Shown piece after piece: positions 1 to 9,007 of a stretch of DNA of 64,000 nt. The number at the start of each line of letters is the position of its first letter. Positions within the stretch are counted from its first letter, which is position 1. The notes under the pieces were generated by a model. It saw nothing but the letters and a program-made list of their open reading frames with translations, was not told the origin of the DNA and did not search any database. Position numbers and translations under genes: made by a program. Source of the DNA: Hormiphora californensis (taxonomy: Eukaryota; Animalia; Ctenophora); NCBI GenBank assembly GCA_020137815.1, contig CM035355.1, positions 2,728,001-2,792,000 on the forward strand. Reading direction: 5' to 3'.

Positions 1-2104
1 CGTTTCCCTCCCTTAGTTCTTTTAGGATTGTATCCACGTGTTCAATCAACTGGGTGAGACAGCTCCGTTGCTTCCGGAACCCATGCTGAGATTCGGGAAA
101 TAGGTTATTCTCCTCGAAGTGTTGGACAAGGTGTTTCTTCATGACACGTTCGAATGTTTTGATGACATTTGACGTGAGGGAGACGGGGCGGTAATTCGCA
201 GCTTTGGTTCTATCTCCTTTTTTGAAGATGGGTACTACTTGTTGTTTCTTCATAGACGGTGGGATGACTTCCTCTTCCATTGATTTGTTCCAGAGGAGCC
301 AAAAAGGGTAGCAAAGCTGTGCTCTGCACTCATAAAGAATCCTAGCCGGGATGTCACCGTCCGGTGCCGCTCCATACGGATCAATTTCCTTTAGGGCGGA
401 CTGGATATCCTCTGGCGTAAAGTCAAAGTTTTCAGTGACCAGATTTGGTTCCGACTTAATCCAGGTCAGGCTCTTCTCAGCGTCTACATCAGCAGGGTTG
501 CTGAACACTCCTACATATTGGTTTTGTAGTAGCTGTGCTTTCTCAGCACTGTCGGTTGTCAGGCTTCCATCCTGTCTCCTCAGTGGTGCGATTGTTGAAG
601 CTGTTTTAGACTTCTTTTTCGCATAAGTGTAGAAGAAACGAGGGTTGATTTTTATCGTTCCGACTGCGTTTATCTCCTCTTGGTCTAGGTTTTCAAGGAT
701 CTTCTCCTTCCTTCTGAGAGTTAGGAGGTCCAGTTCCTCATAAAGAGTTTCCTTACTGAGTGGGTCAAGATCTCCTTCTAGTTTCTTCTTTATTTTTCTT
801 GACTTCCGTTTAAAAGATTCAGATATCCTCTGTGTATGCCGTTTTCCTTTTCCGTGTTCGGCCTTACCAGGGAGGGTTTCTTCTGCAATTTCACGTACGA
901 TTTGGGTTACGTAGGTCTTGAACTGCTCAAGGTCATAAACATCACCATTTTTGCAGAGCTGGAGTAGTCCATCCCAGTTTATTTCGCACAGTTGTGTTTT
1001 CATTGGGAGGTAGTCAACATTATGTATCTTCACTTTTCTGAAGGGGTCATCTTCAGTTTTAGCGTTAACAACACTGTCCAATGGGTTGTATGCCATGGTA
1101 CATTCCACTACACGATGGTCAGATATTTTGCTATCTACAGTTGTCACATTTGCAAAGTATTCAGGGGTGTTTGTGAACACCAGATCCAGGATATTCGTTC
1201 CTCTTGTTGGGGTTGTGACAAGTTGTGTAATGAAATTCTCGTTGACGAATTCAAGAGTTTGGTGGTAAGGGCCAGCCTCTCTTCCTCCTTGGGATGGAAA
1301 TGTCATTGTTTCCCAATCTATGTTTGGGAGATTGAAGTCTCCGATGATAATAATCTCTGGTGTTCGCCCATCATTTTCCTCGATAACCGAGTTGATCTCT
1401 GCTTGGAGTTTCGTTAGAGATTCTGCATACGATTTTTCCTCTGTGTCTGGTGGTCGGTACATACAGGCAAAGAAAAGGTTTTTCTGTTCGGAGAAAGCGG
1501 TTACAAGACTTGTCTGGCGGTCACTCCATGAAAATTGTTTTGTAATCGGCACGTCTTTGTTGATGTATAACAAGCAACCTCCTCCGACTTTCAATTCTCT
1601 ATCTGCTCTCAGAGTAACATATCCGGGAATCGATATTTGGGCATCTGATATGTAACTTTTTAGCCACGTTTCGGTGATACCCACTGCTAAAACAGGTGGT
1701 TCGTTTGAGCTCGGGGACATCAGTGTTTCCTGGATGTAGGGGAGTTTCCATTTAGTCTCCCCACCAGCTGCCGGTGAGATCGACCTGCAGTTTAGTAGAA
1801 GGACCTTTGAGATCGGTGAGTCAGAGGATGGAGTGTCTGTAGCTCTCCTATTCTCTCTGTTGGTATCATGTAGTCTGGCATAATCCCTGAGTGGTCCATG
1901 GTGAAGGGTTTGACCGGAGAGCTTGTATCCCTTTGGATTAGGGCTTTCATCAGCTGTTGAATCTGTTGACCCTGATATAGGAACCCTTCCTTCATTTCCT
2001 TTACCAGGGATTTCAGAAAAACCGATGTTTCGGAGGAATCCCGTCCCTCCGGGGTGTGGTTCAGTGCATCGGTATAGGGATGGGGGTGGGTATGGGGACG
2101 GGGG
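1..2104 (-). CDS. Host LINE (element A) ORF2: APE endonuclease + start of reverse transcriptase, runs off the left edge
   Basis: Minus frame opens after TAG at 2105-2107. It reads KVLLLNCRSISP..VGITETWL..RADRELKVGGGCLLY (APE) and, in the same frame at the window edge, QHGFRKQRSCLTQLIEHVD (RT). It is absent from the ORF track, consistent with no stop inside the window. Confidence 0.92.
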
Positions 2105-2139
2105 CTATTGTCCTCGCTCCTCTGTGTAGTTGTTTCCCT
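1792..2139 (-). CDS. C-terminal part of element A ORF1, separated from its N-terminus by element B
   Basis: Open from the element B tail junction: RETTTQ...SVFLKSLVKEMKEGF..SFY*. It parallels the element B ORF1 end DSFLERLFGRMEVRMKQM and overlaps ORF2 in the same way. Confidence 0.7.
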   Translation of the reverse strand, partial: RETTTQRSEDNSPRPHTHPHPYTDALNHTPEGRDSSETSVFLKSLVKEMKEGFLYQGQQIQQLMKALIQRDTSSPVKPFTMDHSGIMPDYMIPTERIGELQTLHPLTHRSQRSFY

Positions 2140-2250
2140 TACAAGTTTACAAGTTTACAAGTTTACAATAAAAGTTTTAGTGTACACAACAGGCCTTCCC
2201 TTAGTGGGTCCACCTAAATAAATTAAACACGTATCACCTCTCAGCCACTC

Positions 2251-5226
2251 TCAGACATGAACAGCACATTGAGGGGAAATATCATTGGGAAGTGATGGAT
2301 AGCCTCTGACAGGGGGACGGTCATAAAAGCCTGTCAAGTAATTGCCCAGGGATGATTTGAATTGACCTAAGCTTCCGCAAGAGTTAACGGCCGCTGGCAA
2401 CCTGTTCCACAGGTGAGCAGCTCTCGGTCCGAAGGAAGAATGGTACTGGTTCGCTCTCCAGGTCTCAGCCCGATATGGAAACATTGGTGGGACTAGCCTC
2501 ATACCCAGCCTTGCACTGTGTTGGAACACAAGATTTGCAGAATTCGGAACAAACCCATGGATCGTCTTCAACACATGTATCAACATGTAACGTTGTCTCC
2601 TACGTTGAAGAGACATCAGGTTTAGAACTTTTAATCTCTCCCAATAGTCGAGATTCTGCATTCCATCAAGTCTTCTAGTAAAACACCTTTGGACGTTCTC
2701 AATTGACTTGATGTCCCCAGACTTTGACGGATCCCAGACCAGACAACAATACTCCAAAATTGGTCTGACCAGTGATTTGAAGAGTTGCAACATTACCTCT
2801 GGTGAACGATCTCGAAAAACACTGAAAATCCACCCAGATAGGAGAGAGGCTCTCCTCACAATGGTGGCAATGTGCTTAGACCAAGAACCATCCGAGGACA
2901 TCTGGACACCCAAGTCACGGACATCAGCTTCAGGAAACAGTTGTACTCCAGATTTTGTGGTATACGAACATATGTCAACTGAAAAAGGGAATTCCTTGTA
3001 GATTGCCGACTTGTTCAGTCTGTAACTCAGGAGTTGAAATTTCTGATCATGTAGCACCATATTGTTTATCTTGGCCCATTCTGTAACCTTCAAAAGATCA
3101 GATTGTAAACCCTCCTGATCAACAATATCTGTTATGGCTTTCATTAACTTGGTATCATCCGCAAAGGTGAGACACATACTACCATCCAGTACAGATTCCA
3201 GGTCCAGTATATAAATAAGGAAGAGGAGAGGGCCCAGGACACTACCCTGCGCCACCCCGCTGAGCACCTCCACCCATGGTGACCTAACCCCATCCACCAT
3301 CACACACTGCTGCCTGCCCAGGATCCACGCACTGATCCACTGATGAAGTTTTCCTCCAATCCCGTACCTTTTCAACTTAGCTAGCAACACATTGATATCC
3401 ACCGAATCAAATGCTTTAGAAAAGTCTAAATAGAGCACATCAACTTCTCTATCTCCACAGAGTTCAGTTAGGATGTAGTCAACATGAGATAACAGCTGGG
3501 ACATAGTACTACGTCCCTTTCGAAAACCGTGTTGCGTTTCACTCTGTAACTGCATCTCATCCAAATAATCAGCTATTCTCTTTCTGACTAGCCGCTCAAA
3601 CACCTTCGATAGGTGACTTGTGATCGACACAGGGCGATAATTTGCCGTCGTAGACTTCGACCCTTTCTTAAAGATCGGTGTTATGAACTGCTGCTTTAAA
3701 CAATTTGGAACAGCCCCATCTTCAAATGACTTGTTCCATAACATCCATATAGGATAAGACAAGCTGCTGTTACATCGTTTCAGAATGCACGAAGGAATGC
3801 AGCCCGGAGGTGAGGCCGAAAAGGGTTTAAGCTCCTCTAGTGCACTCTGGATACAATTCTGTGAAAAATCCATGGTCGTCAGGATCTCACCAAGGTCCTC
3901 AATGTTACCCGCTGCCACAGAGGGATCAATAGCCGCCGGATTGCTGAAGACACTAGCAAACTGGTGTTGTAGTAGGTTAGCCTTCTCCAGGGGGTCCACA
4001 GTTAAGGAACCATCCGCACGCTCAAGGGGGGCAACTGATGATTTAACCTTGGAGTTCTTTTTAACGTGAGTATAAAAGTACTTGGGGTTCACCTTGATAG
4101 CACCCACAGCTTTCCTCTCCACTTTCTTGTCCCTTGATATCAGATGGGATTTGATTTTCCCAATTAAACAATCCATCACCGATTTCCACTTTACTGAATC
4201 GTTCTTACGTTTATCAAGTTTACGCCTCCTGCTAGTCAAATGCCTGAGCTCCTTGTCTACAAAGTCCTTTCGCATTTTCTTCACTCGGCAATGTGACTTA
4301 ACCACCTTGAACACTCTATCTCGAACAGCTTCCACAAACAATGAGCCATCCTCATCACCCAGATCCAAACACTCAACAAGCAGTTTGTCCCAATCAGTAG
4401 CTGCAAGGTCAGCATCAATACTCACAAAGTCCGCTGAATGGAGATCCAGTTGCCGATAACCTTCCAGTTTGCCAGGCAGAAATAGACTTACTGGACCGAG
4501 AGGGTTGAAGGTGAGGTGACATGATACCCACAGATGATCTGATACACCCTCATCTGTAATGGAAATATCGCTGAAGTAGTCCGGTCGATTGGTGAACACT
4601 AGATCTAACGTATTGTTGCCCCTGGTAGGGCCCTCTACAACCTGGGATAAAAAATTAGTGTCCATAAAGTCCGATACAACATTGTAGTTAGGCTGATCAA
4701 CTGGGACTGATGACCCGTCAACCCAATTAAAGAGTGGGAGATTAAAATCACCCGATAATACCACTTCTGGTAACCCGCTCTCACTGTACTTATCGATAAA
4801 TGTTTGTAAGGTATTCATTAGTCTCTGAAAGTCCAAAACACTCGACTCTGAACGATAAACAGCAGCAAATATGGTGTTAATCTGGCCAACATAGACAGCT
4901 TTCATATTGTTAAACGCACTAGCAAAACATGTACTATCAGAAACAGCCAGCGACGAGTGAACATACAGAGCACAGCCTCCACCGACTCTACTCACTCTGT
5001 CACTCCTATAAACATTATATCCCGGTATCTCAACCTGGGCATCTGAGTGATACCCTTTAAACCAGGTTTCAGTAACTGCAATGGCTACTGTAGGAGTTTT
5101 CTCATTTCTTATATAATCTCTAATAAGACCGAGTTTCCAGCACGTATCACCTGCCGGACTTAGACTCCTTGCATTAAGCAGTAATATGTTACTCGTAGTA
5201 GAAACAGTCCCTAACGATCTCTCCAT
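2251..5226 (-). CDS. Element B ORF2: APE endonuclease-reverse transcriptase (991 aa from first AUG)
   Basis: APE motifs LLNARS, VTETW, GDFN, TLDLVF, SDH. RT motifs NYRPVS, QHGFRKGRS, YLDFSKAFD, QGSVLGP, FADD. CR1-like C-terminus RLKVLNLMSLQRRR. Confidence 0.96.
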   Translation of the reverse strand: MERSLGTVSTTSNILLLNARSLSPAGDTCWKLGLIRDYIRNEKTPTVAIAVTETWFKGYHSDAQVEIPGYNVYRSDRVSRVGGGCALYVHSSLAVSDSTCFASAFNNMKAVYVGQINTIFAAVYRSESSVLDFQRLMNTLQTFIDKYSESGLPEVVLSGDFNLPLFNWVDGSSVPVDQPNYNVVSDFMDTNFLSQVVEGPTRGNNTLDLVFTNRPDYFSDISITDEGVSDHLWVSCHLTFNPLGPVSLFLPGKLEGYRQLDLHSADFVSIDADLAATDWDKLLVECLDLGDEDGSLFVEAVRDRVFKVVKSHCRVKKMRKDFVDKELRHLTSRRRKLDKRKNDSVKWKSVMDCLIGKIKSHLISRDKKVERKAVGAIKVNPKYFYTHVKKNSKVKSSVAPLERADGSLTVDPLEKANLLQHQFASVFSNPAAIDPSVAAGNIEDLGEILTTMDFSQNCIQSALEELKPFSASPPGCIPSCILKRCNSSLSYPIWMLWNKSFEDGAVPNCLKQQFITPIFKKGSKSTTANYRPVSITSHLSKVFERLVRKRIADYLDEMQLQSETQHGFRKGRSTMSQLLSHVDYILTELCGDREVDVLYLDFSKAFDSVDINVLLAKLKRYGIGGKLHQWISAWILGRQQCVMVDGVRSPWVEVLSGVAQGSVLGPLLFLIYILDLESVLDGSMCLTFADDTKLMKAITDIVDQEGLQSDLLKVTEWAKINNMVLHDQKFQLLSYRLNKSAIYKEFPFSVDICSYTTKSGVQLFPEADVRDLGVQMSSDGSWSKHIATIVRRASLLSGWIFSVFRDRSPEVMLQLFKSLVRPILEYCCLVWDPSKSGDIKSIENVQRCFTRRLDGMQNLDYWERLKVLNLMSLQRRRQRYMLIHVLKTIHGFVPNSANLVFQHSARLGMRLVPPMFPYRAETWRANQYHSSFGPRAAHLWNRLPAAVNSCGSLGQFKSSLGNYLTGFYDRPPVRGYPSLPNDISPQCAVHV

Positions 5227-6422
5227 TGACTTTGGGTCGGGCGTATCGTCTCTATACTCTCGAACCTCTTGTCTAGCATCTGTTTCATTCTCACTTCCAT
5301 TCTCCCGAACAGTCTCTCTAAAAAAGAATCCTCATCAAATCGGGGTGGTTCACGGGTGTCATTGGAGTTACCACTCGGATGTTGGGATCGTGGTATCTCC
5401 GTATCCCTAGCATAGTTCGTCTCAGCCCTTCCGACACCAAAAGACAGGGTTCTGTTCCGATTGAGAGTCTCGTCCACTGCAACTCGTCGGGTGTTCTTGA
5501 GATGCTGAAAACGACAGTCCTTCTTGAGGCATTCGTGCCTGAACTGGGAAGAGCGGCAGATAGGTGGATGGTAGTATCGACACTCTTTCCCCAGCTGACA
5601 GCCGTATTTCTTCATGGACCCATGGGCGCAGTATCTCCGGCACATTGGGGGGTGTGACTTCTGGCATGAAACTCCGTCGATCTTCTTCGTTCCGTAGCGG
5701 CCGTACTTGCACCGATTTTGTAGGTAGTGTTGGCACACCGGGATCGGCTTATCATCGTCTTTCTTCTTGCCCTCATCAGCCTCCTCCACACTGTTGATTT
5801 TATGACCGGGTGGCTTCTGCTGGTGTTCTGGTTTGGTGTCTCCAACCTCTGACATGAAGCTGAACCTCCTCCTTAGGGCGTCATCCGAAGCCTCACTTGC
5901 TGCACTCTTGGGAGGGCTTGCAAACTCCCCACTGGAACCCACAAACTTTTCCAGTGTGTGTTTCTTGCAACACATGTGACAAATCCACTTGAAACCTGGA
6001 ATAGAGCACAGCGGTTGCTCCTGGATTAGGGTGCAATTATGGCTCCCTGCCCCACAACTTCCACAATTGAACCTGGATTTCTCACACCTTTTGATCACAT
6101 AGTCTTTCTCGCATGCCTCACAAAATTGCGGAAATAGACTTTCAATAGCCATTATCAACCAGTCGATGAGACTGGCTTTGTCCCGGTACCGTTTTTCCTT
6201 TCCGTCATCAGTACGGGGTTTCCCCCCAAAGAAAAGCGCAGCCTCCTCCAAAACAATGTCCGTAAAACGATCAAGTGCCTTGAGATTGGTCTGGTACCTT
6301 TTAGCTGTAGGACTGTAGGCCTTCACGATCCGTTTCACCTCGTCACTACAGTCGGGGTCATCACATAGCTCCGACAGCACTGCTTTCTGTTTCGCTAGTA
6401 TCTCGTTTGACATATCCGGCAT
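5211..6422 (-). CDS. Element B ORF1: PHD finger + three CCCH-type fingers
   Basis: C4HC3 pattern CEAC..CGSCGAGSHNC..WICHMC. CCCH-like units CQHYLQNRC..CQKSH, CRRYC..C..CRYYH, CRSS..C..CRFQH. Likely start is MPDMSNEIL, where alignment with element A ORF1 begins. Confidence 0.85.
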   Translation of the reverse strand: MPDMSNEILAKQKAVLSELCDDPDCSDEVKRIVKAYSPTAKRYQTNLKALDRFTDIVLEEAALFFGGKPRTDDGKEKRYRDKASLIDWLIMAIESLFPQFCEACEKDYVIKRCEKSRFNCGSCGAGSHNCTLIQEQPLCSIPGFKWICHMCCKKHTLEKFVGSSGEFASPPKSAASEASDDALRRRFSFMSEVGDTKPEHQQKPPGHKINSVEEADEGKKKDDDKPIPVCQHYLQNRCKYGRYGTKKIDGVSCQKSHPPMCRRYCAHGSMKKYGCQLGKECRYYHPPICRSSQFRHECLKKDCRFQHLKNTRRVAVDETLNRNRTLSFGVGRAETNYARDTEIPRSQHPSGNSNDTREPPRFDEDSFLERLFGRMEVRMKQMLDKRFESIETIRPTQSQWRDR

Positions 6423-7647
6423 CGTCTTCCGAGGTAGTAGGTGCCACTGGTCGTGTTCCGAGCCGAGTTCCTTCCGTGTGAAAGAACTTACATGTGGTGG
6501 GGTTTGGGCAGACCTTCTCTTTAGATTCAGATCCTCTGCAAAGTTTTGGGTGAAGGAACTCGCATTGTGATCCTTTTTTGCATCCGTTTTTCCCGTACGC
6601 TCCCTTCCTAAGCTTTCTGCAAATTTTAGGATGTCTTCCTGGGCACACCTTTCCACCTCTTTTGATTTTGCCATTGATTCCGTGCTCACATCGTCCATAC
6701 TGAACAAACACCCTACAGTCAGTTTCGGTAGGCTGGCCCACGGCTCCGGCTGGTGGTTGGATAGGGGTGATTACTGGAGCTTTGTGTTCATATCGACAGG
6801 TCTGTCCGTCTACTTCCTTGGTCCCGTCTGGACCGTGTCGACAATTTCCTTTGCGGAAGAAACTACATGGCTTGGAGATCCTTTCAAAGGGGGGTTCCTC
6901 TTTTTTCTCCACTGGTTTTGGTTCCCCTTCTTTCTCCACTTGTTGAGAGGCATCAATCTGGGAGAGGTCGATGGTGTCGGATTGTGAATATTCTCCAGCT
7001 GGATCATTCTTTTCATCTTTATGATCTTCTGGGGGGTCTCGTCCTATTTCGTAGAGGGTCAGTGACTTTCTGAGAGAAAGACTTGTTTTTTCTGCACATT
7101 CCAGGCAAAGCCATTTGAAGCCATTGCTTCCTCCAATTTTTGAGATGGCCTCTCCGAGCTCTCTGATAACTTCACAGTCATGGGAGTGACGGTAACATGA
7201 CCAGCATGTGAAGATGGGTGTCTCTTCAAAATCGGGTTGGTATAAGGCGGGACAGTCAGTACACCGAGCCGGGAACAGGCTTTCTATCTTCTTGATGATC
7301 CGGTGGCTCAAGGTTTGCCTATTTTTGGCCGGTCTCTTACCACCAGAGCTAGAGATATCGGTATCCTGTATTATACCCAGGAAGGCCGCGGCCTCCAAAG
7401 CTTCAGGGCGGGAGGATTTACTCAGGTTGGTGATATTGGTTGTTATACTCGCACCAAATTTGTAGGCTAGGAGCGTTTTTTGAGCGAGCGGGTGGGTTTG
7501 GGCAGACAACGATACCAGTTTGACGATCACAGCTGCGGCTCGGTCCTCCATTTCTTTCTTGGAGATCGGCTTATCGGCTGATTTTGGCGCCGGCTTGGTT
7601 TCAGGATCCTTTGGGCTATCGATGCCTTCCACTTTGGTGTTTGACAT
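6361..7647 (-). CDS. Element A ORF1, N-terminal ~400 aa: PHD + four CCCH-like fingers; now terminates inside element B
   Basis: Homologous to B ORF1 (IESLFP in both; GFKWLC vs GFKWIC; HPKLC vs HPPIC). Confidence 0.85.
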   Translation of the reverse strand: MSNTKVEGIDSPKDPETKPAPKSADKPISKKEMEDRAAAVIVKLVSLSAQTHPLAQKTLLAYKFGASITTNITNLSKSSRPEALEAAAFLGIIQDTDISSSGGKRPAKNRQTLSHRIIKKIESLFPARCTDCPALYQPDFEETPIFTCWSCYRHSHDCEVIRELGEAISKIGGSNGFKWLCLECAEKTSLSLRKSLTLYEIGRDPPEDHKDEKNDPAGEYSQSDTIDLSQIDASQQVEKEGEPKPVEKKEEPPFERISKPCSFFRKGNCRHGPDGTKEVDGQTCRYEHKAPVITPIQPPAGAVGQPTETDCRVFVQYGRCEHGINGKIKRGGKVCPGRHPKICRKLRKGAYGKNGCKKGSQCEFLHPKLCRGSESKEKVCPNPTTCKFFHTEGTRLGTRPVAPTTSEDDAGYVKRDTSETESSAVGAM

Positions 7648-7848
7648 TGTCTACACGGGAAATTTGAGGGAGGGTGCCGCCTCAAATTAATTTGTTTAAA
7701 GTAGTGTTGAAAAGTTTGAAACGTGGAATGAAACTGGCAAGAAGTCCGGTAGGAAACTTGGCATATGCTACAGGGCCCCTCCACGAGTCGCGCAGTGTGA
7801 GCTTTCAACGCCAACCGAGCCAAAAACGACTCAAAAAGAAAACTCGTA

Positions 7849-7990
7849 AAGTCGGATTTTTTGAAGTTGTCACCCCAAAATGACCGCGCATGTGAAATTT
7901 ATCAATTTTGACGCGCACACCACACGTTAACATGTGATGTGACGCGCAAAAACATTCCGCGCACGAAAAGGGGGGTGACAACTTCAAAAA
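7849..7990. mobile_element. MITE of the AAGTCGG-TIR family (right end degenerate)
   Basis: TA|AAGTCGGATTTTTTGAAGTTGTCACCCC ... GGGGTGACAACTTCAAAAAA. The same TIR occurs at 20910, 44912 and 45371. Confidence 0.65.
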
Positions 7991-8494
7991 ACAGTAGGGG
8001 TATCGACCGCGCGTCTGAACATTTGGAACCACTTTTCCCGCTCAAAATGACGCGCAGAAATATGGACCATGCTGCTGCGCTACTGCTGCGCTGTACTTTC
8101 TTAACAAAAGGTAATGTCGCGCGCGCCAGCCAGCTCTTTCGTGTGTAAGTCTTAGCTCCTTCTCAGTGTAGATCTCTCCAGCAGCCCATTTCTTATCATG
8201 TACGGGCACGTTTTGTTTTGTTTTTCTTTCACCTTGTTACCCAGTCATAATTTGAGTTTCGACTGAGTCATCAGTCACTGTCATCATCCTCGACCTACTG
8301 CGACATGGACATGCCTTCATTTAGCTTTCATGACATGATGTAGTTCTAGTTAGTAGTATCCGGATATATTCCTCGCTCCTCAGCCCTTTCATATCAAGTC
8401 TGCCTTGGTCGGGTTTGATACAATATTCCACCATCCCTGCTTCACAGTTCGGCCAATGCTCTGACAGCCTGACGGCTTAATATTAAGTATATAT

Positions 8495-8550
<56 letters not shown>

Positions 8551-9007
8551 ATCTCTTTACATTCATCCTCCATCTTAGATTCCCAGATGACCCAGAACTA
8601 CAGCTGTTCTACAAGTATATAGCTCACTCGGAACCTACATCTAATAATAGGTTGGTGCAACTGCAACAAAGGGAACTAGGTTCTTCCGTTCTAGTGCAGT
8701 ACTAGAGGGGGAATAGGAAGGGGGCGCCGCTGTGGTGAAGGGAACTGGGGTCTTTTCGAGAAGATCTACTCTAAAATTGTTTGTCCTGTCAATTGCAATA
8801 GTACTTAATTTCTAACCCCTACTATTTTCATATCAGGTACTGCAGTGGTACAAGTTAGATAGTACGAGGCTGTATCCGACACTAAGCAGTTGAGAAGGTA
8901 CAATCCTGGAACTGGAAAGAAGTGCTGCGTACGAGGGGATCTATGATATGTCATGTGTGCTGATTAGGGACTTTACAGGTTGCTTGAATTGCAGCTCCAT
9001 CTATATA

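Larger units (their letters stand above)
2141..6440 (-). mobile_element. CR1/L2-group non-LTR retrotransposon (element B), coding-intact, nested in element A ORF1
   Basis: ORF1 + ORF2, short 3' UTR and an 8-bp tandem tail (TTGTAAAC)x3 at 2141-2168, typical of CR1/L2 3' ends. The 5' boundary is approximate and no TSD was found. Confidence 0.88.

Noticed and set aside
351-5845. Short plus-strand and alternative-frame ORFs over the LINEs
   Set aside because: Shadows of the retrotransposon ORFs with no independent features.
6423-6707. N-terminal ~95 aa of the 498-aa ORF in the track
   Set aside because: It is an alternative frame of element A ORF1. Homology between the two ORF1s begins only at MSNEIL.
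8257-8274. Hammerhead-like CTGATGA..GAAAC on the minus strand
   Set aside because: No stem II pairing in the required register and no convincing stems I/III.
8579-8897. Exon-like pieces resembling a hAT dimerisation motif (VLQWYKLDSTRLYPTLSS)
   Set aside because: Phases are incompatible, there is an immediate stop, and the downstream SER-F-S motif is missing.
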